From a bacterium (GTDB lineage Bacteria > RBG-13-61-14 > DATKZS01), in NCBI GenBank assembly GCA_963674965.2, contig CAXXFL010000007.1, positions 128,001-192,000 of the forward strand: 64,000 nucleotides of DNA, written 5' to 3'. The first letter of the stretch is position 1, and each line of letters begins with the position of its first letter. Below are positions 1 to 9,561 of this stretch, in pieces. The notes under the pieces were generated by a model. That model was not told the DNA's origin, ran no database searches, and saw nothing but the letters and a program-made list of their open reading frames with translations. The position numbers and the translations under genes are program-made.

Positions 1-670
1 CGGCCGCGGCTCGCTCGAGCCAGGTGGCGATAAAATGTCCCTTCTCCCCCGAGGCGGGTCCCGGGCCATAAACCGTCCAGAAGCGAAAGGATACTCCCTC
101 CAGGCCGTAACGCTTGCAAGCGGCGTCGAGCAGGGCTTCACCGAAGACCTTGGACGTTCCATACAGACAACGGGGACGGGCCGGAACGGACTCGCGTATG
201 GGAAAAACTCGAGGCGGTTCCTCAAATATCATGGAGGAGCTGGTGAAGATTACACGTTGCACCTGGCCGCCTTTTATCTCCTCGAAAACGTTCATCAGGC
301 CCTGGACGTTCGTCCGCCAGCCCAACTCCTCGTCCATCTGGCATTGTCTGCCCAAAAGTCCAGCCAGCAAGATCAAGGTCTTGAATCCATCAAACTTGCC
401 TTTTAAGGAATCGGGACTTGTCACGTCGGCGTACTCGTGAGGATAAAGAGAGGCGACTTCCTCGGGAGGATCGACAATATCGAAAGAAGAAACGGAGAAG
501 CCCCGTCGATGAAGCTCCCGGCCGAGGTTGGTTCCGATAAATCCGCTTCCACCAAGGATAGCAATCTTATCGTCACGCTTGAATCGTAGGTCCTTGTTCG
601 ACATTTTGTCACTCTTTCTTAACGTTTTCAGCGCGCTGTATGGCGTCAACTTATGCTTTTTTTCGATCAT
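1..670 (-). CDS. NAD-dependent epimerase/dehydratase (extended SDR), runs off the window edge
   Basis: Translated by hand (absent from ORF track): IAILGGSGFIG Rossmann motif, VIFTSS, catalytic YGTSK, TVYGPG; ATG overlaps the upstream stop (ATGA). Confidence 0.9.
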   Translation of the reverse strand, partial: MIEKKHKLTPYSALKTLRKSDKMSNKDLRFKRDDKIAILGGSGFIGTNLGRELHRRGFSVSSFDIVDPPEEVASLYPHEYADVTSPDSLKGKFDGFKTLILLAGLLGRQCQMDEELGWRTNVQGLMNVFEEIKGGQVQRVIFTSSSMIFEEPPRVFPIRESVPARPRCLYGTSKVFGEALLDAACKRYGLEGVSFRFWTVYGPGPASGEKGHFIATWLERAAA

Positions 671-1965
671 AGCCCAATTTTTTGTCTCGCGCAAATATCC
701 TTTGAATGCCTCGATATCTTTTTCATGGCTTCAACGTACTCGGCTATAATGTCCTTGCTATCCCGAGTAAAAGGGGGCAACTGCAAGGTTGAATTGGAGA
801 ACCTCAAAGCCGCGGGGAAGTCGTCCTCCTTGTACAATCTTGTCGAGTCCACGTGGGACCCCCTCCGAGGCCATCCATCCGGATACATGCCGTCATCCAA
901 TTTCTGAAAAAAGGAGTATCCGGCCAAGGGTCTGGCCAGGTGGCCGGGTTTTATCTCGATCGCTCCTTCCTCGTGCATGGCCTCGATGAATCCGTCCACC
1001 GGAAGCCCGTTGAATTTCTCGGGATCGTACTTGAGGATGAACCTGAAAAAACCTCCCCTCGTCGCCGCCGGGGCGGTGGGAAGAGGCTCGAGGCCGGGAA
1101 CTTCCTCCAATCGAGAGCAGAGGTACTCGTAGTTGGCCGAGCGGGCCGCGATGGTTTTCTCCAGGTTTTTGAAACTCGCCAGCGCCACGGCCGCCGCCAG
1201 AGGATGGAGCCGGTTTTTAAGGCCGTAGCCCGTCTCGACGAACTCTTCCAGCTCGGGGCTGGTATATTCCCTTTTCTCCCGGAAGTGGCCGAGAAGAGAA
1301 GCCCTTTCCGCTATCTTTTTGTTCCAGGTGATAAGTATCCCGCCCTCCCCGGCGAAGACGGTCTTGTGAGACTGGAGACTGAAACATCCGGCGTCGCCGA
1401 AGGAGCCCGCCGGTTTTCCCTTGTACGTGGCCCCATGGGCGTGCGAGCAGTCCTCCACCACGTACAGCCCGCGGTCTCGGGCCAGTTCCATTATGGCGTC
1501 CATGTCGCAGACGTGGCCGTACTGGTGCGTGACCACTATGGCCCTGGTCCGCTTTTCAACGATAGCCGCCGCTTTATCGGGATCGATGTTCCCCGTGCTT
1601 TCATCCACGTCGCAAAGCCTCGGGATCAGGCCGCAATGGAGCATGGGAAAGACCGTACCCAAGTGCGTGTAGGCGGGGGCTATCACCTCGTCGCCAGGCC
1701 TGAGCCCGAGCCCGAAATAGGCCGTGTGCAGGGAACCGGTCCCCGAGTGAGTACTGACGGCGTAGGGCGCGCCGTGGTAATCGGCAAAGGCCCGCTCGAA
1801 CTCCTTTACCACGCCGGCGTTCCGGTAATAGGAAAGCTCCCCCGTTTTAAGCTGAGCCAGAACGGCTTGTTCATGCTCGGGCCCGATCTCTGGCCAGACA
1901 AAATGAGGAGGAGGGACCTTAACGGAGGGCGCCCCCCCTAGAAGCGCGGGTTTGTCTTCATTCAT
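667..1965 (-). CDS. DegT/DnrJ/EryC1/StrS-family PLP sugar aminotransferase
   Basis: SGTGSLH, PGDEVIAP, VVEDCSHAHGA, GCFSLQSHK (PLP lysine), GEGG motifs. Confidence 0.92.
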   Translation of the reverse strand: MNEDKPALLGGAPSVKVPPPHFVWPEIGPEHEQAVLAQLKTGELSYYRNAGVVKEFERAFADYHGAPYAVSTHSGTGSLHTAYFGLGLRPGDEVIAPAYTHLGTVFPMLHCGLIPRLCDVDESTGNIDPDKAAAIVEKRTRAIVVTHQYGHVCDMDAIMELARDRGLYVVEDCSHAHGATYKGKPAGSFGDAGCFSLQSHKTVFAGEGGILITWNKKIAERASLLGHFREKREYTSPELEEFVETGYGLKNRLHPLAAAVALASFKNLEKTIAARSANYEYLCSRLEEVPGLEPLPTAPAATRGGFFRFILKYDPEKFNGLPVDGFIEAMHEEGAIEIKPGHLARPLAGYSFFQKLDDGMYPDGWPRRGSHVDSTRLYKEDDFPAALRFSNSTLQLPPFTRDSKDIIAEYVEAMKKISRHSKDICARQKIGL

Positions 1966-2045
1966 TTCAATCGTTACCTCTTTTGATTCATGATTGGCAT
2001 TCAGCTTGCGTTAAAAAATAAATGGTCTCTTTCAAACCGGACGAC

Positions 2046-2921
2046 TCAGCCCGTTCGAGGCCTGAATCGAGGAAGCTCCCCGTCGGCGATCCAGTCTCGG
2101 ATTGGTCCTCCCTTGTAGCGCCTGACGAAGTTTCTGAATCGCCCCTCGTAAAACCTCCGACCCGTTCCCTGGTGCAGGCGAAGGAACAGAGGGATTTTAA
2201 AGGGCAACTCGTCAAATTCATCCGCGTCAAACTCCTGCGGGTGGCTGTAATAGACGAAGACGCGGTCCTTGACCACGCGGTCCGCGACCGTTCTTATCAC
2301 GGGCCAGGGCATCAATCGGTGATAGCCTCCGCCTCCCACCGGCCAATTCTTGCCCATCATCCGGAGGGCCGCCGGCGGAAGCTCGATGATGGACTTGCCA
2401 TTCGTCAACTCGATGACGGCTGGATGAAGAGGCCAATCGGGAACTCCCCGCTTGGAGCTTTTATAAGGGAATATGCTCGAGTCGTAGGCAATGCCAAGCT
2501 CGGATAATATTTCCAGGGCCCATAAGTTCCCCGCCGATATAGACAGGCACGGCGCCCTGTACCCAAGGACCCGCTCTCCGATTATTGACTCGATCAAGTC
2601 TTTCGCCCGTAATACGTCCTCTTTAAAATCTCCTCTTGACTGGCTGAACGCCTCAACGTGCCCGTATCCGTGGCAGGCGACCTCATGGCCGGCTTCATGG
2701 ATTCTTTTAACCGCCTCGGGATGGGCCCCGGCGAATTTTCCCAGCACGAACATGGTGGACTTAATATTTTCCCGTTCCAAAACGTCCAGGAGCTTTAAGG
2801 CGTTGTCGGCCGCTCGCTTGGGAATGGGAAGGTCATGGTCAACCGTGGATTGGGCCCAATCCTCGACGTCGAAAGTAATAAGCGCCCTTCCTCGCTCATA
2901 ATTTGGGTGGATGTTCGTCAT
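2046..2921 (-). CDS. Polysaccharide deacetylase family protein
   Basis: TFDVEDW, HEVACHGYGH, GYRAP, YDSSIFP, GGGYHR, YSHPQEFD motifs. Confidence 0.9.
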   Translation of the reverse strand: MTNIHPNYERGRALITFDVEDWAQSTVDHDLPIPKRAADNALKLLDVLERENIKSTMFVLGKFAGAHPEAVKRIHEAGHEVACHGYGHVEAFSQSRGDFKEDVLRAKDLIESIIGERVLGYRAPCLSISAGNLWALEILSELGIAYDSSIFPYKSSKRGVPDWPLHPAVIELTNGKSIIELPPAALRMMGKNWPVGGGGYHRLMPWPVIRTVADRVVKDRVFVYYSHPQEFDADEFDELPFKIPLFLRLHQGTGRRFYEGRFRNFVRRYKGGPIRDWIADGELPRFRPRTG

Positions 2922-3124
2922 TATGAGAATCTTTTCCTCATGGCATCCGACGATTTCAAACGTCTTTTAACGAGCGCGGATAAAGCGAACGTATTACTTG
3001 ACGGAACTTCATAAGTGGAAAGTTTCAAGGCCGCTTTCACTTGATCCTCCAAACGTCTGGCATTTTCCTTATGGATGACGGCGCTAAGTGAATTCATTAT
3101 GGCGCGAAGAGATATCGAAATCAA
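2921..3124 (-). CDS. Small hypothetical protein (start uncertain)
   Basis: Fills the gap in the operon and its stop overlaps the next ATG (TAATG); no recognisable motif. Confidence 0.3.
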   Translation of the reverse strand: MISISLRAIMNSLSAVIHKENARRLEDQVKAALKLSTYEVPSSNTFALSALVKRRLKSSDAMRKRFS

Positions 3125-3131
3125 ATGGCCG

Positions 3132-3548
3132 TCAGTCGCCTATGATCTTGATGAGAATCTCCTTTGGCCTTTGCCCGTCGAACTCGAGGTAATACAGCGT
3201 GTGATAGGTCCCGAAATGGAACTCTCCCCTCGTGACGGGACAACTCACGTGGTGGCCGGTAAGGATGGCGCGGAGATGGCCGTGGGCGTTTTGCTTGTGG
3301 TCCGTTTTATCGTGCCTGTATCCGGCCCCGGCGGGTACCAGCCGAACTAGAAGGTCCATATAGTCTCGCGCCACGCCAAAGTCGCTGTCCGTAATAAAGA
3401 CCGCGGACGAGGTGTGCAGGGGAAATACCAGGGCCATCCCCTCCATGATCCCGCTCTCGGCCAGGGCCTCTTGGCACTCGCGAGTCACGTCGATGACCTC
3501 CTCTTTTTTAGCCGTGTTAAATATGATCGTCTTCTCGTATGATTTCAT
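3132..3548 (-). CDS. YjbQ-family protein (secondary thiamine-phosphate synthase-like)
   Basis: HTSSAV, YRHD, NAHGHL, FGTY..LEFDG.R motifs; AGGAG RBS before ATG at 3548. Confidence 0.88.
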   Translation of the reverse strand: MKSYEKTIIFNTAKKEEVIDVTRECQEALAESGIMEGMALVFPLHTSSAVFITDSDFGVARDYMDLLVRLVPAGAGYRHDKTDHKQNAHGHLRAILTGHHVSCPVTRGEFHFGTYHTLYYLEFDGQRPKEILIKIIGD

Positions 3549-3775
3549 TCGCTCTCCTAATTTATGCGCGTGGCCGTCATGGTTATTCCGGCCGTGATGT
3601 ATCCCGCAACCTTGGGCACTCAGAGATTTTATTAAAAAATCGCCTCCATACGCAAGGAGCAAGGGGAAGGGCGGAGTGCGTTTCCATTATAAATAATTCA
3701 ATTTCCGCTTGAGAAGCTGCTTTTTTGAATCCACCGCCTCCCGGGTCTCATCGAAAATATAAGGGGAAGAAGAAT

Positions 3776-4065
3776 CCCCGCCGGGACCGTCCGGCCGAGG
3801 GGCGTTTGCGGCTCGTCGCGGATGCTATTTGCTCGAAAGCTGAATCTCCACGCTGGAGAGCATCGCTCTCACCGGGCCGGACGGATGGGGAAGCGAAGGC
3901 CGGGGTCCCTCCTCGCCGGCGGCTCGGACGTGGCGAGGGGGGACTCCGGCAAACGAGGATCGAAAGGGGGTGATCGTCGGCCGAAACATCGCGCTAAGGC
4001 GCGCGTCAAGTCGTAAATATCCCTTGCGGCGGCCCCGTTGACCACGGGGCCGTCTCAATTTTTTT
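3776..4065 (+). other. Highly structured intergenic region; candidate ncRNA or leader
   Basis: Stems 3787-3796/3875-3884, 3899-3917/3932-3950 and 4030-4038/4044-4052, then a T-run. Confidence 0.35.
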
Positions 4066-4151
4066 CAGTTGCGGATAGATGGGGTTGATCTATTATCAGG
4101 TGAGCGTCGCCAATCCGGCGATTACTAACAATACCCTGGAAGGAGATCGAC

Positions 4152-4448
4152 ATGAAAAAGACCGCGGTAGTAATGCTCGTGCTTTTGGCCCTGGCCCTGG
4201 GTTACGGTATCGGACGCCACGCCTCCCTGGTAAGCGAGGCCATAGCCGGGCCTCGCGACGGCGGCGCGGGCCTGCCCGCCTCGAACAACCCCAAGGTATA
4301 CATCGACCGCAATACCCGCGTAGCCTGCTATTACAACGAGGCGGGCATAAGCTGCGTTGCAATTGACCGCGTGGAATACGGCCCACGCGCGGCCGTTCTC
4401 GCGACAAAAAAAAACGGGGGGAAGCTTTGCGGCCTCCCCCCGGGCTAG
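4152..4448 (+). CDS. Small exported hypothetical protein
   Basis: AAGGAG RBS, MKK plus hydrophobic signal-like N-terminus, Cys pair ACYY...ISCV. Confidence 0.7.
   Translation: MKKTAVVMLVLLALALGYGIGRHASLVSEAIAGPRDGGAGLPASNNPKVYIDRNTRVACYYNEAGISCVAIDRVEYGPRAAVLATKKNGGKLCGLPPG
4406..4442 (-). terminator. Intrinsic terminator of the alpha-2-macroglobulin gene
   Basis: CGGGGGGA..TCCCCCCG hairpin followed by T9 on the minus strand, about 20 bp after the stop. Confidence 0.7.
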
Positions 4449-4463
4449 ACAGGATCGGTACGT

Positions 4464-7400
4464 TTACCTGGTCACCTCGATTTGTATGGGCCGGGTCTCG
4501 ATCCTCTGGTCGGGATTATAGTATTGATAGGCGCTCGATTTGGGCGCCTGGGCCTTGACCGGAAACTTGGCCTTGAGCTGGTAATCGAACTTGAGGGGCT
4601 TGCCAGCTTCCATCCTCCTTACGTACACGGTGATCTGCCTTCCCGTGGCCGTGAACTTCTCGATGGTTTTATCCTCCTTCATCCTCTCGAAGGCGTCGGG
4701 TATAAGCGAGAAGCCAGGCGGGACGCCAAGGTCGAGTATGACCATGTCCGTGGCCTTCTCTCCCACGTATTCGGCCGTGACCGAGGCGGTGAGCAGGTCG
4801 TCCTTGGCCAGCTTGGTCCGGTCGTATTTGAGGTCCAAAGAGAGAAGCGGCTGGACTTCGATTTTCTTCAGCAAGTCCCAGGGCAGATAATAAATCCCCA
4901 CTACCTGGTACATAAGGCCCAGGTCATCGGGGGCCTGGATATCGACTTTGTGGACGCCCGTTCTCGTCTGGTCCTTGAAGTCCACCAGCCTGAGCACGTC
5001 CGAGTTCTCCGGCGTTATCTCGATCATCTCCTTCCTCTCGCCCAGCGCCACGGTTATATCGCCCTTCACGTCGGGGGCTTTGCCTTCCTCGGCCGCCAGC
5101 ATGGCCTTGAGGGACAATATGGTGGCCTGCGTGCTCTCGAAGGTACCGAAGGCGTCCTTTTGTTGGCCCAGCCAGGCCAGGCCCTGGTTGGCCGTGTTGG
5201 GTGACGCGTTGGCCTGGATAATGGCGTAGACGATAAGGGCCGTGGTCTCGATCATGGCCGACTTGCCGCTTCCATGCACGGCGGTCTCGCCCGCGGGTTC
5301 CCAGTGGGCGGTCCCGGTTTTCTTGTCCTCGATCTTCATGCCCTCGAGCTTCCTTAAAAGTTCCCTCGCGTCCTTGTCCGACGGGTCGGCCGCCACCATG
5401 GCGTTAAGGGCCAGGGCCAGGGTATAGGCGTCCTTCATTTTTTCCATGTTGTCCTTTAAGTAGGAGATCGACTTGTCCAGGGCCTCGCCCTTGTAGCCGG
5501 ACTCGGCCAGGGCCCAGGCAATATAAGCCGTGTTAAGCTCGACCGACTTGGAGAAGTCCTCGCCCGAAAGGGTTTCGAGCCAGTGCTCGACGGGCTTCCA
5601 GGTTCCGTCGCTTTCCTGCTGGCCCACCAGCCAGTTCTGGGTCCGGGTAATGACCGACTCGTCGATGGGGTAGACCTTGCTCATGTCGTAAAACTCCATG
5701 AGACCGTAGGCGGTCAGGACCTTATGGGCCGGAGGGTTGCCGAACCACTCGAAGCCGCCGCCGGGCACCTCGAAGCTGAGCAGGCGCTGGTATCCCACGT
5801 TGATGAAGCCCTCGGCCTTCATCTGTATTTCGGGGCTGATGGTCCCGGTTTTTTTCATGTAGTTCAGGACCATGACGTTGGGGTAGGTGGTGGAGGTCGT
5901 CTGCTCGAAGCATCCGCTGGGCATTCTGAAGATGCCGTCCATGCCCTCGAGCACCTGGGCGAATACTCCGGGGTAGACCTTGACCATGACGCGGCTTCCG
6001 TCCTTGACGGCGGCCTCGGGAATCTCGATCTCCTCGGTAAGGGGGCCCGTAATCCTTCCGTTGCGGACAACCTCGAAGCGCTTGCCGTCGGGCACGACCT
6101 CGACCGTCCGCTTGACCGCGTCGCTCATTTTACCACCGATGGCGTAGACGGTAAGGGCCTTCCTACCCACGTCCACCGCCTTGAGTCGGAAGTATCTAAC
6201 GTCCACCTGGCCGCTTTCGAGCCGGAGTTCCTGGACGGAGTCGGACAAAAGCTCGAAGCCGTCGCGTTCCCTGATCTCGAGCTTGACCGTCTGGGAGCCG
6301 GGAAGGTAGTTGTAGACCTGCACCGGTATCTCGACCTCGTCGTTCTGAGTCAGTTGGACCGGGAAATCGATATCGGCGAAGAAATCCTGGAACACGCGTA
6401 TGCCGCTCACGCCCGATCCCAGGTTCCCTCCTCCGGAGTGGGCCAGGGCGGTGAGACGCCAGGTAGTGATCGAGTCGGCCATGGGCACGGCCAGGGAAGC
6501 CTCGCCAAAGCGGTCGGTGATCAGGGCGGGCTCCCACCACAAGGTCTCGGGGAAATACTCGCGTACGCGGATTTTCCCGCCGCCTTCCGAGGATGTATCC
6601 GGCTCTTCGTGACCGCCGCCGTTTTTCTTTCTCATTTTGGGCGCCGTCTCGGGCATGGCCGCCGTGTCGCGCATCATGGCGCCGCCGAGGGCGATCCCGG
6701 GAAAGTCCGCGATTTTATCGATCAGGCCCTCCTCTTCGGCGAACATCCACCTGTGGCTCCCACCCAGCCGGCTTAGGTAAGGATGGGAGGAATAGGCGTA
6801 GGGGTCCGCCACGTCGTCGTCGGTCCCCGCCTTACCGTCGGGTCCGGCGGAGAAGACCTGGAAATGAGGATAGGGCCCGCCGTAGGGGTTGGTCTCGTCA
6901 TCGCCCAGCTTGCGGATCATGAACTTCTCGCCCCACGGGTCCACGTCGGCGCCCTTGTCGAGATATCCTTTGTCCAGGAGCTTGTCCATAACGTCGTCGG
7001 GAATGTCCGCCGGGGCGTCGTTGGCAAAGAGCTTGTCCAGCCAGGACCTCTGCTCGTCGTAATAATATCTGTCCAGGGCGTTGTAGAATTTATGCAGCCT
7101 GAAGGAGGCCACCCCCCTGGTCACGGCGTAGACGTCCATGGAAGGGTCCAGGGTCTTGAGTATCTCGGGAGTATAGGGATTGCCAAAGGGATCGTTTACG
7201 TAGTCCTTGGCCAGGTCGCCCTCTTTTTCCATGAGGGAGCCAAGGTCCTCGATGTAATCCCACGTGCCCTTTTTCTTCTCGATGAAAGGGTGGTCGTAAG
7301 AGTAGGCGAAGAAGGCGGTCATAAAGTTCTCGATCCTTCCCCTCTCATTGTCCATCCTGGTTTTGGCCGGGTTTTCCTTCCATCCCATCTCGGTGGGTTT

Positions 7401-9392
7401 TTCCACGCCGGCGAGAAGGACCTTCATTACCTTGTCCTTTTTGCGCCGGGCCTCGGCGTCCTCCAGGATGAGGGACTGGACCGATTCACCGCCCGGTGAG
7501 AGGTGTATCTCGTAGCGCGGCTTGGCCAGTTCCTCCTCCAGGGTGAAGTAGACCTTGAGGAGACCGGGACGCATGTCCTGGATGGCGAACACGCTCTCGT
7601 CCACGATCGAGACGCCCAGGGCCGCGGCCTTGCCTTTGCCGCTTTCGTCTGTGACCTTGAAACTCAGAAGGGCCTGTTCTCCGGGCCGGTAAACGTCCTT
7701 GTCCAGGGACACGCTGATCTTGAGGTCGGAGGGAGGCTCGACGTACACGACCTTGGCGTCCCTTACTATCTCGCCGGAGGGAAGGATCATGTAGGCGTGC
7801 GTCTCGAGGGTCCCGAAAAGGTCGGGCCCGAGGGTGATGGTATGGGCGGCCTTTCCGCCCGCCAGGTCGAGCGACCTGGTCAGCACGGTCCTTCTGTCCT
7901 TGATCACGTCCAGGTAGGCCGTGCCCGAGGAAAAGGTGGAAAGCACCGTGAGTTTCACCTCGTCGCCCGACCGGTATACCGCCTTGTCCGAGCGGAGGAG
8001 CACGTTGTCCTTCAAGGCGTCGGCGGAAAGGGTCCGGGTGGCGGTCACCTTGGCGCCGTTTTTGGCCTCGGCCTTAATCTTGGCCTCGATCACGTAGGCG
8101 GGCTTGTTCCGGACGGAGGGATCGAACTGCCAGTCCTGGTATCCGACGTCCTGGCTTTTAAAGTCCTCCGGGTCGGGGGTAAAGGAGAACTCGGCCACCC
8201 CGACGTCGTCGGAGTCGGCCGTGAGCTTCTCGCCTCCGATCTCGATCTCGATACGGGCGCTCACCGGCTCGTCGTTGGGGGTGCTGGTCACGGCGAAGAT
8301 TTTGTTCTCGACGCCGGGAATGATCCTTCCCGCCTCGGGAACCAGCTCGACTCGGAGGTCCGAGGCCGAGACCTTGCGCTCGATAAGGGCGGACTCCTCA
8401 TGGTCCGCCGTGTCCGTGACCTTGGCCTCGATTTTGATGAAGGCGTCGCCCTTCTCGAGGGGCTGACCCACGAAGTGGCCGGGCAGGGTGAGGTCGAACT
8501 TGAACGACCCGTCCTTGTCCGTCTTGCCCGAGGCCTCGGCCACGTCGTGGAACTCGACGTCAAAGGCCTGGGCCACGACCTTCACGTGGCCGCCCGACAC
8601 GGGCTTGCCGAAAAAGTAATTGGCGTCCACCGTGCCGGTGAGCTTGTCGCCGGGCGCGTAATAGGACTTGTCCGTCTCGAGGGAGACCTTGAACTTGGGC
8701 AGCACGTACTTCTTGACGGTCACGCTCTTCTCGGTCTCGCGCTCCCCGACCATGGCCCTGACCGCGTACTCGCCCATGCGAATCTCGTCGGCCAATTGGA
8801 AGTCGGCCGAGGAAATCCCGTAGCGGTCGGTGAAGTCGCTTTTCTTGAAGACCTTGTTGCCTTGAGGGTCCTCGACCTCGATGGTCACCTTGCGCCGGGC
8901 CACGGGGCTAAGGTCGGAGGTCTTGAGGGACACCGAGCGGATATGAATCAACTGGCCCGGCTGGTAAAGGGGCTTGTCCGTGGAAAGGAGTATGCGGTAT
9001 TTGGGCTTTAGCTCGATCGCGTGTTTCTTTTCGACCTCGCCCAACTCGGAGCGGACGTTAACGATCAGCTCGTACTCGCCGGGGGAAAGGTCGGGCACGC
9101 GGGCGTCATTGTCCACCGTGCCGTTGGAGTCGGTCTTGGCGAAGAGGACGCGGGAGGGGCCTTTATCGCCCTTCAAGGATATCTCGACCTGGGCGCCCTG
9201 GATGGGCCGGGATTCCTTGAGGGACACGGCCTCGACAACCACCACCCGGAAGGCCGCCTTGCTCCCCGGGTCCAACTCGTCGGGACAGAATATGAACACG
9301 TCCTGTACGGGACGGGGCTTGCCCGCGTCGGAGACCAAAGCGAACAGCATCGCCAGGGCCGCGATAGTTAACGTTAAAAAAACCCTTCTCAT
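4464..9392 (-). CDS. Alpha-2-macroglobulin family thioester protein
   Basis: Signal peptide, TDKPLYQPG, KYVLPKF, REYFPETL, DSITTW, thioester PSGCFEQ (5901-5915), C-terminal AYQYYNP. Confidence 0.95.
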   Translation of the reverse strand: MRRVFLTLTIAALAMLFALVSDAGKPRPVQDVFIFCPDELDPGSKAAFRVVVVEAVSLKESRPIQGAQVEISLKGDKGPSRVLFAKTDSNGTVDNDARVPDLSPGEYELIVNVRSELGEVEKKHAIELKPKYRILLSTDKPLYQPGQLIHIRSVSLKTSDLSPVARRKVTIEVEDPQGNKVFKKSDFTDRYGISSADFQLADEIRMGEYAVRAMVGERETEKSVTVKKYVLPKFKVSLETDKSYYAPGDKLTGTVDANYFFGKPVSGGHVKVVAQAFDVEFHDVAEASGKTDKDGSFKFDLTLPGHFVGQPLEKGDAFIKIEAKVTDTADHEESALIERKVSASDLRVELVPEAGRIIPGVENKIFAVTSTPNDEPVSARIEIEIGGEKLTADSDDVGVAEFSFTPDPEDFKSQDVGYQDWQFDPSVRNKPAYVIEAKIKAEAKNGAKVTATRTLSADALKDNVLLRSDKAVYRSGDEVKLTVLSTFSSGTAYLDVIKDRRTVLTRSLDLAGGKAAHTITLGPDLFGTLETHAYMILPSGEIVRDAKVVYVEPPSDLKISVSLDKDVYRPGEQALLSFKVTDESGKGKAAALGVSIVDESVFAIQDMRPGLLKVYFTLEEELAKPRYEIHLSPGGESVQSLILEDAEARRKKDKVMKVLLAGVEKPTEMGWKENPAKTRMDNERGRIENFMTAFFAYSYDHPFIEKKKGTWDYIEDLGSLMEKEGDLAKDYVNDPFGNPYTPEILKTLDPSMDVYAVTRGVASFRLHKFYNALDRYYYDEQRSWLDKLFANDAPADIPDDVMDKLLDKGYLDKGADVDPWGEKFMIRKLGDDETNPYGGPYPHFQVFSAGPDGKAGTDDDVADPYAYSSHPYLSRLGGSHRWMFAEEEGLIDKIADFPGIALGGAMMRDTAAMPETAPKMRKKNGGGHEEPDTSSEGGGKIRVREYFPETLWWEPALITDRFGEASLAVPMADSITTWRLTALAHSGGGNLGSGVSGIRVFQDFFADIDFPVQLTQNDEVEIPVQVYNYLPGSQTVKLEIRERDGFELLSDSVQELRLESGQVDVRYFRLKAVDVGRKALTVYAIGGKMSDAVKRTVEVVPDGKRFEVVRNGRITGPLTEEIEIPEAAVKDGSRVMVKVYPGVFAQVLEGMDGIFRMPSGCFEQTTSTTYPNVMVLNYMKKTGTISPEIQMKAEGFINVGYQRLLSFEVPGGGFEWFGNPPAHKVLTAYGLMEFYDMSKVYPIDESVITRTQNWLVGQQESDGTWKPVEHWLETLSGEDFSKSVELNTAYIAWALAESGYKGEALDKSISYLKDNMEKMKDAYTLALALNAMVAADPSDKDARELLRKLEGMKIEDKKTGTAHWEPAGETAVHGSGKSAMIETTALIVYAIIQANASPNTANQGLAWLGQQKDAFGTFESTQATILSLKAMLAAEEGKAPDVKGDITVALGERKEMIEITPENSDVLRLVDFKDQTRTGVHKVDIQAPDDLGLMYQVVGIYYLPWDLLKKIEVQPLLSLDLKYDRTKLAKDDLLTASVTAEYVGEKATDMVILDLGVPPGFSLIPDAFERMKEDKTIEKFTATGRQITVYVRRMEAGKPLKFDYQLKAKFPVKAQAPKSSAYQYYNPDQRIETRPIQIEVTR

Positions 9393-9561
9393 TTATGTTT
9401 CCTCCTTCTGGGGATTTGGATAATCACCTTGCCTGGACGCTGATAATACCACCTGGGCCGAGCCCGTTCCATGAATTTTACCTGGACGCCCGGCGGGGCC
9501 CTTTTTTGATTTTAACGGCCTTATTCCGGAAAGGTTCGACCGTTTCCATTTTTTCCGATAA

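Noticed and set aside
3724..3745. TTGAATCCACCGCCTCC resembling a tRNA 3' end or att site
   Set aside because: No cloverleaf, no proper T-arm, no partner copy seen.
3947..3985. GGCAAAC..GAAA resembling a c-di-GMP-I riboswitch
   Set aside because: The following GACGCAAA and the paired stem around GAAA are missing.
5575..5615. His after QESDG as a complement-C3-type catalytic His
   Set aside because: Spacing from the DG motif appears shorter than in C3; cannot be supported without an alignment.
7503..9011. Long antisense ORFs (also 16321-17889, 53169-54908, 59865-61793)
   Set aside because: Shadows of GC-biased codons opposite well-supported genes; no motifs.
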